Below, one piece after another: positions 1 through 12,700 of a DNA stretch of 63,887 nt. The position numbers and the translations under genes were made by a program. Every line of letters begins with the position of its first letter. Within the stretch, counting starts at the first letter, position 1. Source of the DNA: Welwitschia mirabilis (taxonomy: Eukaryota); the NCBI GenBank assembly GCA_051453625.1, contig JBOZIK010000001.1:12439171-12503057 (forward strand), given 5' to 3'. Below the pieces are notes generated by a model. The model was given only the letters and a program-made list of their open reading frames with translations, was not told the origin of the DNA and made no database searches.

Positions 1-929
1 TGTTTTCTTTTTTTTCCTTAGTCTTTTTCTTTCTTTTTCTGAACTACTCTCTTTCTAATGGAATTTTATATTTTGTTTTTATTCTTAGTGAATTGTACTA
101 GTTACTTGATTAATGAAACATGATCTAGTAACTTCTTTTTATTTTTCTTCTTTTTTCTTTTAGTTTTTATTTCTTTTATCTCTTTTATTGCAAAATATTA
201 TCTAAATAGTATATTAAATTTTCTTGTAGGAGCTGATCTTTTGCAGGTTTTGAAGAAAAGATTTTAAGAAAGCAAGAAAAAAATTATTCTTCTATCCATT
301 TTTTCTCTTTATTATATTTTCTCTTCTCTATTTCCTTCTCTATATTAGGTGACGTCCTTAGTATGTACTTAAAGATTACTTTGAAAAAGAACATCATCAA
401 AAAATTTCAAAGAAGTGCTTTAGTATATGTAGTATTTATTTCTATAATTTTCATTTGTTGCATTTCATTGTATTTATTTCCAATTTTTGCATTAGTCCTT
501 TCTAANNNNNNNNNNNNNNNNNNNNNNNNNNNNNNNNNNNNNNNNNNNNNNNNNNNNNNNNNNNNNNNNNNNNNNNNNNNNNNNNNNNNNNNNNNNNNNN
601 NNNNNATTTCTATAATTTTCATTTGTTGCATTTCATTGTATTTATTTCCAATTTTTGCATTAGTCCTTTCTAAAAACCTTATTCACTTCTTATTTATCAG
701 TTACTAGAACTAGTCTTATATCTTAGACTATTAATTTTTCTAAAATATTGACTATCATTCTTGCTGAATTAATTTTACATTATCTTACTAGCACTACTAT
801 CTTCCATCATTAGTGTTGTTGGATTCTTGCATTAAACTATCTTCATCTTTGTTGAAATTTACTTCTATGATATTTTATGCCTTTTCATATATTACATGCT
901 TTCAAAGACATAACCTATCTTGATTATTT

Positions 930-1530
930 TCTTATGTTTTATGAATAAGAAATAAACCTCTGATGGTAGATTACATCAAATTCTTTTGAATCTAACATGA
1001 ATAGAAATCTTAGAGATCAGTTACAAGAGATANNNNNNNNNNNNNNNNNNNNNNNNNNNNNNNNNNNNNNNNNNNNNNNNNNNNNNNNNNNNNNNNNNNN
1101 NNNNNNNNNNNNNNNNNNNNNNNNNNNNNNNNNNNNNNNNNNNNNNNNNNNNNNNNNNNNNNNNNNNNNNNNNNNNNNNNNNNNNNNNNNNNNNNNNNNN
1201 NNNNNNNNNNNNNNNNNNNNNNNNNNNNNNNNNNNNNNNNNNNNNNNNNNNNNNNNNNNNNNNNNNNNNNNNNNNNNNNNNNNNNNNNNNNNNNNNNNNN
1301 NNNNNNNNNNNNNNNNNNNNNNNNNNNNNNNNNNNNNNNNNNNNNNNNNNNNNNNNNNNNNNNNNNNNNNNNNNNNNNNNNNNNNNNNNNNNNNNNNNNN
1401 NNNNNNNNNNNNNNNNNNNNNNNNNNNNNNNNNNNNNNNNNNNNNNNNNNNNNNNNNNNNNNNTGTCAACAAAAGGATAATGAACCTTTCTTCCATACCT
1501 TAGAGAGATTTAAGGATCTACTTATCCTCA
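930..1530 (+). pseudogene. gag: Athila-type Ty3/Gypsy gag fragment, mostly hidden by an N gap
   Basis: 1464-1530 translates CQQKDNEPFFHTLERFKDLL, matching the retrotransposon gag motif Q..E.F..WERFK.LL. It is preceded by a T-rich UTR-like region (1-930). Confidence 0.6.
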
Positions 1531-1539
1531 TCCTGTGGT

Positions 1540-2700
1540 GTTTCCTTGACCTTCTTCTGTACCTACTCATTTATATCCTCCTCCTCATTTATCTTTGAAT
1601 GTAGATAATATCATGGAGGAATAGAAGATTGTGTTTCTAATTAAAAAGATGAGTGAGAAGAAGGTCTAAATGTCTTCAATGCATGTTTAAATCTTGTTAA
1701 CTTCTCAAAAATATACATCATATGCTGCTAAGTCTTCTCCTACTAATATAACCTAATGTGGATTAATGTGAGTAGATTCATCATAGGATCTGTAGGATCC
1801 TTAAAGCATGTAACATAGAAGTGATAACTTCAGGATGGAGCTTATTATGACTTTGTAGCTCTACTAAACGGAGGTCAAGGAATAGGATCAACCTCATTGA
1901 TATGCATATGCATCAATGTAAAATAGCCAAGATGCTATGAGGGCTTAAGGATTATAACATTATGTTAAGGTATGAGAATATAGAAGTGACAACACAACCC
2001 CATGACCAAACCTCCATAATGAAGTTTTTTGTTCTCATATTTCATAGTATGCACAAAAAATTTGAAAATAATCCATAGGTGCACCTACCTTTTACTATAT
2101 AAGTATAGTCAGTAGAGGAATTTAAATCTATAGAGTATAACATCGTCTCTATGTTCATTAAGGGATTGAAGGATGTAGTCAAAGATGAAATGTAACACAT
2201 AGTGTAGAGCTCAAATGTTTATCTCTAAAAGTTGTGGATGACTTCCAATCAAGACCTACCCACATAAGTTTAACACATGCTAAAATTTCTTTAGATAATC
2301 AAAATTGTAAAGGATAACATATAGACATCTCTTCTAGGAATGTTTAGCACACATGCAATAATATCTAGAGTTATCTTGAAGTCTGCTTTTGTGATCATGT
2401 TTTTAATAAATAAATCTCTAATATGCATAATAACTAAATTGGTATAGAATCATTCAACTACCATTATTATTATCTTTGGATAAGGAATGAGTAATGATTC
2501 TCACACTTGATATTAAAATATCTATTCAACATGTAGATGAAATATCTTGAAGATGAAAACCTATATCTATTTCTTCCTTAATATTATCTTTGATTTGAAA
2601 TCATTTTCAAATATTATCTTATCTACTTGTCCATCTTAGCAAATCTGTCAACTTATCTGGATGTTGATGTGTCAACCTCCTTATCCTTGGTAGCAAGAAA
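1540..2700 (-). pseudogene. Degenerate plant-transposon/env-like accessory ORF (PF20167 Transposase_32-like)
   Basis: Minus strand ~2510-2325 reads QV*ESLLIPYPKIIIMVVE*FYTNL...FKITLDIIACVLNIPR, fitting the GW..L....LV.EFY.NL...I.I...I..L.IP pattern. Boundaries are approximate. Confidence 0.55.
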
Positions 2701-3216
2701 TAGTTTGAAAGCTATCTTATAAAATTGACAATACTGAGAAGGTTGTGCTTTAGCTGATTGACATGGAAAACATTATGAATTATTGAAAAATCCTTATCAC
2801 TAATAGTATCAATACCTTCCATCATTGTTTTTCCATTATCTTTATAGGTCACAACATCTACATTGCAGTTATCCATATTTGTGAATTCATTTATATCTTC
2901 CATTATGTGTTTTAAGAAATTACTATCAAGATACTAATGAACATCATTAGTGGCTGTTAAAGCTATGTGAAACAACTCTTATGAGCTTTACCATTGCTCC
3001 ATCTAATATTAACATTTAGGCTTTTCTTAATAAATTAATAATTAGGTAAGTTTTGCAATTTAGAAAATACATTACTAAAATGATAGTTGAGATTAATATG
3101 GTTAAATGTATTGTAAAAATTAAAATGAGAGATTTCTTACTTTTTTTTAACTAAATTTAATATTTTAAAAGTAAAATTAAGCATCACTTGATTTAAAGTT
3201 AAAAGAGATATGACTT

Positions 3217-3760
3217 TTTTGTGGTGTGTATTTGTGCAATAGTTCACGTTTCGATTTCAATCCTATTAATTATCAATAAGATGCAAAATACAACANNNNN
3301 NNNNNNNNNNNNNNNNNNNNNNNNNNNNNNNNNNNNNNNNNNNNNNNNNNNNNNNNNNNNNNNNNNNNNNNNNNNNNNNNNNNNNNNNNNNNNNNGATTA
3401 GGTGGATGATAGAGTCTGGTGGAAAGATGTTCAGTTCAATCTGCAAGTCATCTGGAATTAAGTCTGTCATCTATCCAGTTAGGGTTGTCGTCCTGACTGT
3501 CCTCTGGACGACATAGGGGACGACAGTCTTCTACTCATCCTTTGTCAGTCTGATATCTGGTTGTTTGCAAGAATAATCATCCGAAAATACAATTTATCCA
3601 TATCTATAGGAAATCTTCATGAATTATTTGATAAACTGCATGTTTTCGTCTTGTGCTCCTGGATTCTCAATTATCATAGAAACTGAGTATTTTTCTGTTA
3701 GTTTATCTGCAAAACAACTCAAAATACCTTATCAAATACACTTAAGTTGGTATCGCAACA
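3217..3760. mobile_element. Younger LTR insertion (solo LTR, or a full element collapsed in the gap)
   Basis: Exact 5-bp TSD GACTT at 3212-3216 and 3761-3765. Ends ttttgtggt...atcgcaaca form a decayed TG..CA inverted terminus. It keeps CpGs, unlike its flanks. Confidence 0.75.
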
Positions 3761-3769
3761 GACTTTACT

Positions 3770-4500
3770 CATGAAAAGAAATGAAGATTTTTGATGAGGC
3801 TAGCATCAAGGAGGAAGAAAGTGATGGAATATATTCTAAATCACTTTTGTCATTTGTTTATCTTTGCTTAAATAGCATTATCTCTAATGACTTATTACCT
3901 GTAGAAAACATTAAGATATTTTTATTTAATTCATTAATTTTTAAAAATAAATAGTTACATTTCTTTTCTCTCACTCTTGAAAGATATTAAAGATATTTTT
4001 TTTTTTTAAATTGTAATGCTTGATCTTCCAAAATCTTCTTTACAAACTCTAGTTATGATGTTTTCTTCTTCTTCTCTACATCATTTTTTGAATTGAGTGT
4101 CCTCTTTTATGATCTTCTTTCTCTCTTTGAGTATCTCTTGGTATGCCTCCATCATACTTTCATCCTCATCATTATCTTCTCCCACATTATTTCTTATCTC
4201 TTCTTCTTTTATTATTGTTTTATCTTCTTCAACATTAGAAAATAAATCCTCTTCTTTATCACTTTCTTTAGCAACCATAAGACTTGACACATTTTCTAAT
4301 TCTAACTCATGGGACTTAGTTAAATCAAATTCAAATCCATCATTTACTTTAATGATGAATTCCACATTAGATAAGGTGAATTCATTGAGAAATAGCCTTC
4401 TATTATCATAAGTATCTTCCCTATGTGATTCATTAGTATTTCAAGGGGCTATATTACATATTTCTCTAGAGTGCTTTGATGCCTTTTTCGTCTTATTATT
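3770..4500 (-). pseudogene. Acidic/coiled-coil remnant resembling the C-terminal part of Ty1/Copia (SIRE-like) gag
   Basis: ORF 4081-4365 (ELENVSSLMVAKESDKEED...MMEAYQEILKERKKIIKE) resembles the E..ANLCLMA..acidic..coiled-coil segment of Copia gag. It is on the same strand as the env-like remnant at 1540-2700. No pol is seen. Confidence 0.4.
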
Positions 4501-4511
4501 NNNNNNNNNAG

Positions 4512-6711
4512 TATTTTATCTTAGTTTTTTACAATTATAAAACTAAAACCCTTATTGTAGTAGAGTCTTAATATAATTCTTTTCATAAGATGAATCAAGT
4601 TAGGACTAAACAAAAGTAACACAATATTCTCTAAACCTGTAAGAAACTAAACAAGAATTAAAATTTTTTAATGAAATTGAACTTTAATTGATGAATTAAG
4701 AAGATGAACTAGCTCCAAAAATATATCTTAAATCATCCAACAATAAAAACTTCACTTAAATAATATTGTGTAACATTTTAAAATAAATATTAAATTGTTA
4801 AGTCATTATAGCTTAGATCGCAATGACATAATCTCGTTTACAAATGAGTGTTGGTGAATTTCTTAGTATGTTTAATCTTTTATATACTAATGTAATCATT
4901 GAAAGTAAGAACTAATGTAATCAAAATCCATCAAATAAGATGATCACAACCAAAAGTAACCATAAGAAATTCACTCGGTAATGAAAGAACTCAACAATGT
5001 AGTTTCAGTTAAGTACTAAAAGTATGAGGTTAATCACAACTTAAGATTAAAAAAGAATAATTACTAATTTATTAAAAACAAAAATTAAATTACATTAAGA
5101 AAAAAATAAAAGATGATATGAAATCCTTAAAGATAGCCCCAAAGATAGCTCATGCCTAAAGAAGAATCTTAGAAAGCCATGTCAATGGCTAAGGCTCTAA
5201 GAAGTTCCCACTATTTTTTCCAGTCAAANNNNNNNNNNNNNNNNNNNNNNNNNNNNNNNNNNNNNNNNNNNNNNNNNNNNNNNNNNNNNNNNNNNNNNNN
5301 NNNNNNNNNNNNNNNNNNNNNNNNNNNNCAAATAAGATGACCATAACCAAAAGTAACCACAAGAAACTCATTCTGTAATGAAAGAACTCAACAATGTAGT
5401 TTCAGTTAAGCATTTAAAGTGTGAGGTTAGTCACAACTTAAGATAAAAAATGAATAATTACTAATTTATTGAAAACAAAAATTACATTACATTAAGAACA
5501 AAATAAAAGATGATATGAACTCATTAAAGCTAGCCCCAAAGATAGCTTATGCCTAAAGAAGAAGCTTATAAAGTCATGTCCATGGCTAAGGCTCTAAGGA
5601 GTTTCCACTATTTTTTCTAGTTAAATATCCTTTACAAATAAAGGTACAATGCCCTTTTAGAGGTGAGTATGGGGTAGAGGTAATTAGAAGCCTTTGGCTT
5701 ATAGTGGTAGGTAGATGATTATAATGTTTGTCATGTAGCTCTAGCTAAGGTTTTCATTTTCTTATGTTAAGTAAAGGTCTTTNNNNNNNNNNNNNNNNNN
5801 NNNNNNNNNNNNNNNNNNNNNNNNNNNNNNNNNNNNNNNNNNNNNNNNNNNNNNNNNNNNNNNNNNNNNNNNNNNNNNNNNNNNNNNNNNNNNNNNNNNN
5901 NNNNNNNNNNNNNNNNNNNNNNNNNNNNNNNNNNNNNNNNNNNNNNNNNNNNNNNNNNNNNNNNNNNNNNNNNNNNNNNNNNNNNNNNNNNNNNNNNNNN
6001 NNNNNNNNNNNNNNNNNNNNNNNNNNNNNNNNNNNNNNNNNNNNNNNNNNNNNNNNNNNNNNNNNNNNNNNNNNNNNNNNNNNNNNNNNNNNNNNNNNNN
6101 NNNNNNNNNNNNNNNNNNNNNNNNNNNNNNNNNNNNNNNNNNNNNNNNNATGATTATAATGTTTGTCATGTAACTCTAGCTAAGGTTTCCATTTTCTTAT
6201 GTTAAGTGAAGGTCTTTATGATGAGTTCAACACATGGCCTTTGAATTATGATGCTTCTATCAACTCATGCTATTGCCACATGTCTTTGATGTCACCACAT
6301 ATATCACCGTCACTTTTCACTGCCATGTGTCTTTTATGTCACTATCACATTGCATTAAAAATACTAGTTATCTTTTATTTAATAATTATCTAAGTCCATA
6401 ATTGGAATGTGATCGATTTTTGAAGAAGGTTTCAAAACATAGCTTTTAATGCATTTTGCTTCAAAGGAGTAACAACACTAATGCCTTGGATTGTAACATC
6501 AGTGTTTAGCTAGATTATCTTCATACTTTAGTATATCATTCAAAATGCAGCATTTTATCTAAAATTTTTATGAAAAAGTACACAAGTTCAAAAATTATAT
6601 TAAAAAGGGTTAAATACATAATTTTGTGATAAAATCACTATTTTATTATATTCAACTAAGGTAAATTGATCAAAGATACTTGATTTAAATATCACTTTTT
6701 TGATGTTAACA
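4512..6711 (-). repeat. 3' LTR of minus-strand Athila-type element D
   Basis: 4512-5190 aligns with 49393-50077. On the minus strand it begins TGTTAACATCA at 6711, directly after a purine tract. Length is inflated by gap-flank duplicates. Confidence 0.7.
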
Positions 6712-6721
6712 CATCCCCTAG
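6712..6721 (-). promoter_or_regulatory. Polypurine tract of element D
   Basis: Minus strand reads ...ctaggggatg|TGTTAACA. Confidence 0.55.
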
Positions 6722-7323
6722 TAAGACTTTTACTAAACTCTTAGCATAATGTATGGAAAAAAGATGGTTTAACATGGAAAAATTTTAAGTAAAAAAATGC
6801 TTAAGTCTAAAAAAAGGTATATCTTTTGAAAATTTTTTGGACTAATTTTTGAAAAATCAGAAATTAAAATTATAAATATTATTTGAAAAAAGGATGTTAT
6901 ATTACCCTTTACCTAGACTTTTGCTAGACTCTTAGCAAAAAGTATGAAAAAGAAGTGATTTGACATGGATTTTTATTTAAACTACATAAACAAAAAAGAA
7001 NNNNNNNNNNNNNNNNNNNNNNNNNNNNNNNNNNNNNNNNNNNNNNNNNNNNNNNNNNNNNNNNNNNNNNNNNNNNNNNAAAAGACAATTCTATGAGAAA
7101 TCACTAAGTGATAAGGTTTCATAATGAAGGATGAAAAAGATAGAAATGAAGAAAATATAAAATTGAATATGAGGAAGAAAGTCTCAAAATGAGATGGAAA
7201 ATGGATGAAAACCAAGTTATATTCTACTTTTATAAAATATCATGACCTACCAATGACTTAAGATGATTAGGGATTAGGATAAGAGGCTATGTGAAGAAGA
7301 ATGGGATAAATAGAGGAAAATTA

Positions 7324-7410
7324 TGTCATATGTAAACCTTATTTACTTGGATATCAAGTATATTAATATTTTAATTAGATGATAAATTATTATTATTTAA
7401 AGGCCTTATA
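7324..7410 (+). repeat. Truncated 5' LTR stub of the Tekay-like element
   Basis: tgtcata...atttacttggatatcaagtatatta...taattagatgat...atttaaaggcctt matches 38068-38160. Similarity then stops abruptly. Confidence 0.7.
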
Positions 7411-7731
7411 ATTAGAAATTCAACAAAAATAATATTAATATTAGTAAATCAACCTAAGTAGAGCCCATTCAAATGAAATTGGAATATTCTTAGTTAAAGA
7501 TATGGAGTTAATCAATGTCAAAGATCAAATTTGTAATAAATTCCTAGTCAGTATTAGTACCAAAACTAGTATAATGGATATATGTACTACCATTATAAAA
7601 GAAATCATAGTGTAAGAGAATGTTTATTATGTAATAAAAACCTTTTCAGACAACAACCAAAAATGCCTGAAGGATTAAAATGTGTTTCTTAATTAATAGG
7701 ACAACTTTGAGTAGTAGTAGATAATCAAAGG

Positions 7732-8931
7732 ATGCAATTTCATATCTCTATCCTAGAAGGTAATTTTTTACTTAATAATAAAGAAGTAATTATTTTATTT
7801 AACTATGGAGAAAAACATTACTTTATGTCTCTTATAATTATTGTAAGAGAAAAATTATGTTGTGCTTCAATCAAGGAATGCATAGAGCTAGCAAATGGAT
7901 CTATGTTAAAAGTTAATTAGTAAGTTCAAAACTATACTTTGGATCTACGTTCAAAGTTAATTAGTAAGTTCAAAACTATACTTTATCCATAAGTAGGGAA
8001 TATTCTTAGATATAATAAATTATTATTGACTTAGAAAAATACAACATTGTTTTGGCTCTAAATGGGTTAATGTAGAATGGAGTAATTATAAATTGTAAAA
8101 ATTATCAAGTAAAAATGATGAATCATGATTAAAGACTAATCTTTCAAGATCCTTACAAATTAGTAGTGGAGAATTTAGTTAATGAAAATAATATAAACAT
8201 AGAAATTAAGATGGGTTCACTAGTTTATATGCTATATTTAATACCAGTTAGCTTAAAAGAAGGAGAAACTCTAGTAAATAATATACTAACAGGTCAAAAG
8301 TATCTTGATGTATATACAAAAAAATTACTAGGAAATGTCACCACTTCAAGAAGTTGAGTTTTCCATTGAATTAATCCTAGGAATCCAACCTATTTCTAAG
8401 GCATTATATAGAATGTTTCTTATAGAAATTAAAGAATTAAAAATTTAACTTGAATAACTCTTACAAAAAGGCTTCACTTATCCTAGTGTATCATCATGAG
8501 GATCATTTGTATTATTTGTAAAGAAGAAAAATGAAACACTAATATTATGCATTAATTATAGATAGCTAAATAAGCTTACCATTAAGAATAAGTATTCACT
8601 ACCAAAAATAGATGATCTTTTTTATTAGCTCAAGAAAGCTAAGGTATTCTCAAAAGTTAATCTAAAATCTAGGTATCATCAAGTTTGAATTAAGAAAGAA
8701 GATATTCATAAAACAATGTTTAGAACCTGTTATGGATATTATAAGTTTACTATTATGCCTTTTGGTTTAACTAATGCCCCCATAGTATTTATGAATCTTA
8801 TGAATTACTTCTTTCAATCACATCTTAATTTCTTTGTAATAGTATTTATTGATACCTATTCCATAAATTACGAAGAGCTTGAAAACACTTGAGAATAGTC
8901 TTATAGACTTTACAAAATTACTAATTATATG
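7732..8931 (+). pseudogene. pol: Tekay-like pol, 5' part: aspartic protease and most of RT
   Basis: GNFLLNNKEVIILFNYGEKHYFMS (decayed LFDSGASHSF). RT motifs [51 protein letters not shown]. Many stops. Confidence 0.9.
7897..7984 (+). repeat. 44-bp tandem duplication inside the dead protease
   Basis: ggatctaYgttMaaagttaattagtaagttcaaaactatacttt occurs twice (7897-7940, 7941-7984). Confidence 0.9.
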
Positions 8932-9725
8932 TGATGACTCAAAAACAGATGTACATTTATGCTATGTTCTTGATAAATTAATGAAGAATATGTTAAAATA
9001 TTAGCAATACATTATGATATTATTATAATATATTATGGATTATTATAAGTCAACTTCATAATGCAGGTTAGTTAGGTGGAGTTGTGCAATAAAAAGGGAA
9101 AGCGATTATAACAAATAAATAAGTGGCACAATGGAAGGAATAACAAACTTATTTCAACTAAACCTATAAATATGCATTATATATGAGGCAAATGGATCTT
9201 TTCAGAGTCTTGGAGAAGAGTTAGAAAGCACATATAAGGTGAAGACATCACATTGGAAGAACTGTAAAGTGACTTCTTAAGCTATTGTACTTGTTATGGA
9301 AACACAAGAAATGGCTAATTACTATATTTTCTTAATAAGTAATACAAGCTATGTTATTTTGAAAAGAATCTTGTGTTGTTGAAGTATGTAACTTTTCCAA
9401 GTTACATACTAGTGTATTAGTTAGAAATAATTGGTACATATAATCTGGCTATGTGTTCTTTGTTCTAGTTACTTTTATTTTCCCATATCCTATAAATTAT
9501 TATTTATAAGTAGAGTAACTATCAGAGCACACTTTATCAAGAATAAGAAAGTCTTTATTTGAGTTAAAATCAAAAATAAAAGTAATTTCCATATAAAAAT
9601 AATTAATGATTAAAGTCTATATGTAGATGTGATAATTTAGTTGTATGTTTTTCTAGCATTTTGTTAATATAATGGCTTCTTTTTAAGCATTTTGTTGAAA
9701 CTATTTAATTATTATATGCTTGTAA
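8932..9725 (+). repeat. LTR1 (5' LTR of A)
   Basis: tgatgactcaaaaac...gcttgtaa, homologous to LTR2 and LTR3. Internal TATAAATA at ~9165. Confidence 0.85.
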
Positions 9726-9728
9726 TTT

Positions 9729-9746
9729 TGGCACTAGAAGGAGGGC
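9729..9746 (+). promoter_or_regulatory. Primer-binding site, tRNA-Asn(GTT)
   Basis: TGGCACTAGAAGGAGGGC is a CpG-decayed TGGCGCTAGAAGGAGGG, complementary to the plant tRNA-Asn 3' end (CCCTCCTTCTAGCGCCA, recalled from memory). It lies 3 nt after the LTR. Confidence 0.8.
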
Positions 9747-9769
9747 ACTTCTAGAATTATGTCTAAAAT

Positions 9770-12700
9770 AATGAAGGACCTTTTAAGAAAAGACAACCTA
9801 GGATAAAGGAGAGATGAAAAGGAATGATATGTCCAAAACCCTAAAAAATACAAATTGGATGAAGTAACTAGTAATATAGCAATAACTGAAATTGACTCCT
9901 ATGACTTCATAGAAGATATGAAAACACTTAAGAGAGGTTAAATAGAGTTACAACATGAGATAGAACTATTAATAAAAACTCAAAAAAGAAAAAGAAAAAG
10001 CACAAGAACTAGAAGGATTGTATTGGGATGAAGAAAAAGTAGTCGATTCTACTTGTTTGTGTATTAACTATTATACATCTCATGCACCTAACTGTATAGA
10101 TACTATAGTCTTGGAAACTCTTGGTAAGATAAAAAAGAAACATAAATACTACTAATATTTTCACTTTTTAAGGTAGAAAAAAATGAAGAACCTATGCTTC
10201 ATTTGAGCCTTTTTTATTCTTTTTTCAAGGCTAAATAATTAGAAATCAACTCACATTTCTTGAGACATTTCCCTTTTTTCTTAAAAGAAGATGTCTAGCT
10301 ATGGTTTCATAGATTCCCAACCTATAATTTTAAAACTTGGAACTCTATGAGGTCAGTATTTTTGAACAAATATCAACTTGTAAGGGTCATTAAAGATCTG
10401 AGAGATTAAATTTTTAATATTAAACAGAAAGAAATGAAAAATTTGATGAATTTATGGATAGATATTAGATTTTACTGGCAAGATGTCCAAACCATGGGAT
10501 AACTCCAAGAAAACAAATGAGAGCCTTGTTAAGAGGTTTATCGAGTGATTCTTTANNNNNNNNNNNNNNNNNNNNNNNNNNNNNNNNNNNNNNNNNNNNN
10601 NNNNNNNNNNNNNNNNNNNNNNNNNNNNNNNNNNNNNNNNNNNNNNNNNNNNNNNTTATAGATTTTTGTTTGAAGTAATTAATGCCCTTTTGAAAAGAGA
10701 TAACCAAGAATGATGGAGGGATGAAAAGGGATGATATGTCCAAAACCCTAAAAAATACAAATTGGATGAAGCAACTAGTAATATAGCAATAATTGAAATT
10801 AACTCCTATGACTTCATAGAAGACATGAAAACACTTAAGAAAGGTTAAATAGAGTTACAAAATAAGATAGAACTATTAATACAAACTCAAAAAAGAAAGA
10901 GAAAAAGCACAAGGACTAGAAGGATTGTATTGGGATGAAAAAAAAGAAGTCAACTCTACTCATTTGTGTATTGACTATTATACATCTCATGCACCTAACC
11001 TTATAGAACCTGTAGTCTTGGAAACTCTTAGTAAGATAAAAAATCAACATAAATACTACTAATATTTCCACTTTTTAAGGTAGAAAAAATGAAGAACCTA
11101 TGCTTTTTTTGAGTGTTTTTATTTTGCAAGGATAACTAATTAGAAATCAACTCACATTGCTTGAGACATTTCCCTTTTTTCTTAAAAGAAGATGCCTAGG
11201 TATGGTTTCATAGATTCCCAAACTATACTTTTAAAACTTGGAACTCTATGAGGTCAGTACTTTTGAATAAATATCAACTTGTAATGATCATTAAAGATCT
11301 AAGAGATTAAAGTTTTAATATTAAATAGAAAGAATGTGACAAATTTGATGAATTCATGGATAGATATTAGATTTTATTAGTAAGATGTCCAAACCACAGG
11401 ATAACTCTGAGAAAAAAAATAAGAGCCTTATTAAGAGGTTTACTTGAGCCTTGTTAAGAGGTTTATTAAGTAATTCTTTAGANNNNNNNNNNATAGAAAA
11501 ATTATATAGAATGATAAGGGATGGACTTAAAGTAAAGAAAAAGGAAAGAGAAATGTTAAGAATCTTCTGATAGAAAAAGAAATGGAGACTAAACATGCAA
11601 GCATGTTAGAAGAAACTAATAAAAGAATAGAAGATCTAAAGGTAATATTAATAGATTAAAATAAGAAGACAAAGTAGAAACTTATGAATATTATAATGAG
11701 AAGAATCATCATCCCATAGGATGTCCAGGGATAAAAGGTTTTGTGGAATGGTTAGATATTAATAGAACTAGTTATAGTCCTNNNNNNNNNNNNNNNNNNN
11801 NNNNNNNNNNNNNNNNNNNNNNNNNNNNNNNNNNNNNNNNNNNNNNNNNNNNNNNNNNNNNNNNNNNNNNNNNNNNNNNNNACCTAGAACACTGAGAAAT
11901 GCAAATTAGATGAAGTAATTAGTGATACAGCAATAACTGAAATCGATCTATATGACTTCATGAAAAATATGAAAATACTTAAATGAGATTAAATAGAGTT
12001 ACAACATAAGATAGATCTATTGATACAAGCTCAAATAAGAAAAGAAAAAGTGAAAGAACTAGAAGGGTTATATTGGGATAAAGAAGAAATAGTCAATTCT
12101 GTTTCTTTAGGTATTGACTATTATACATCTCATGCATCTAATGCTATAGATCTTATAGTCTTAGAAACTTCTGATAAGATGAGAAACATAAATACTACTA
12201 ATATCCCCACCTTTAAAGTAGAAAAAATGCAGAACCTATGCTTCAATTGAGTCTTTTTTATTCTTTTTGCAAGGCTATCTACTTAGAAACCAATTTAAAT
12301 TTATTGAGATATTTCCCTTTTTCCTTAAACAGAGATGCCTAACTATGGTTTCATAGATTCCCAAACTATACTTTTAAAACTTGAAACTCTATAAGGTAAA
12401 CATTGTTAAATAAATATCAACTTGTAAGGGTCATTAAAGATCTGAAAGATCAAATTTTAAATGTTAAATAGAAAGAACATAAGAAATTTGATGAATTCAT
12501 GCATATATATTGGATTTTATTAGTGAGATATCCAAATCATGAAATAACTCTTAGAAAATAAATGAAGGCCTTGTTAAGAGGTCTGCAAAATAATTCTTTA
12601 AAGAAACTAAATATTCTTCATGGAGGAAGCATCAGGAATGGTAGCATCCAAGAGATTAAAACTACTATAGATAAATTATATAGAATGCGTTAGGAATGGA

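Noticed and set aside
9729-9746. tRNA-like sequence as a tRNA gene
   Set aside because: It is only the ~18-nt complement of a tRNA 3' end next to an LTR, i.e. a PBS.
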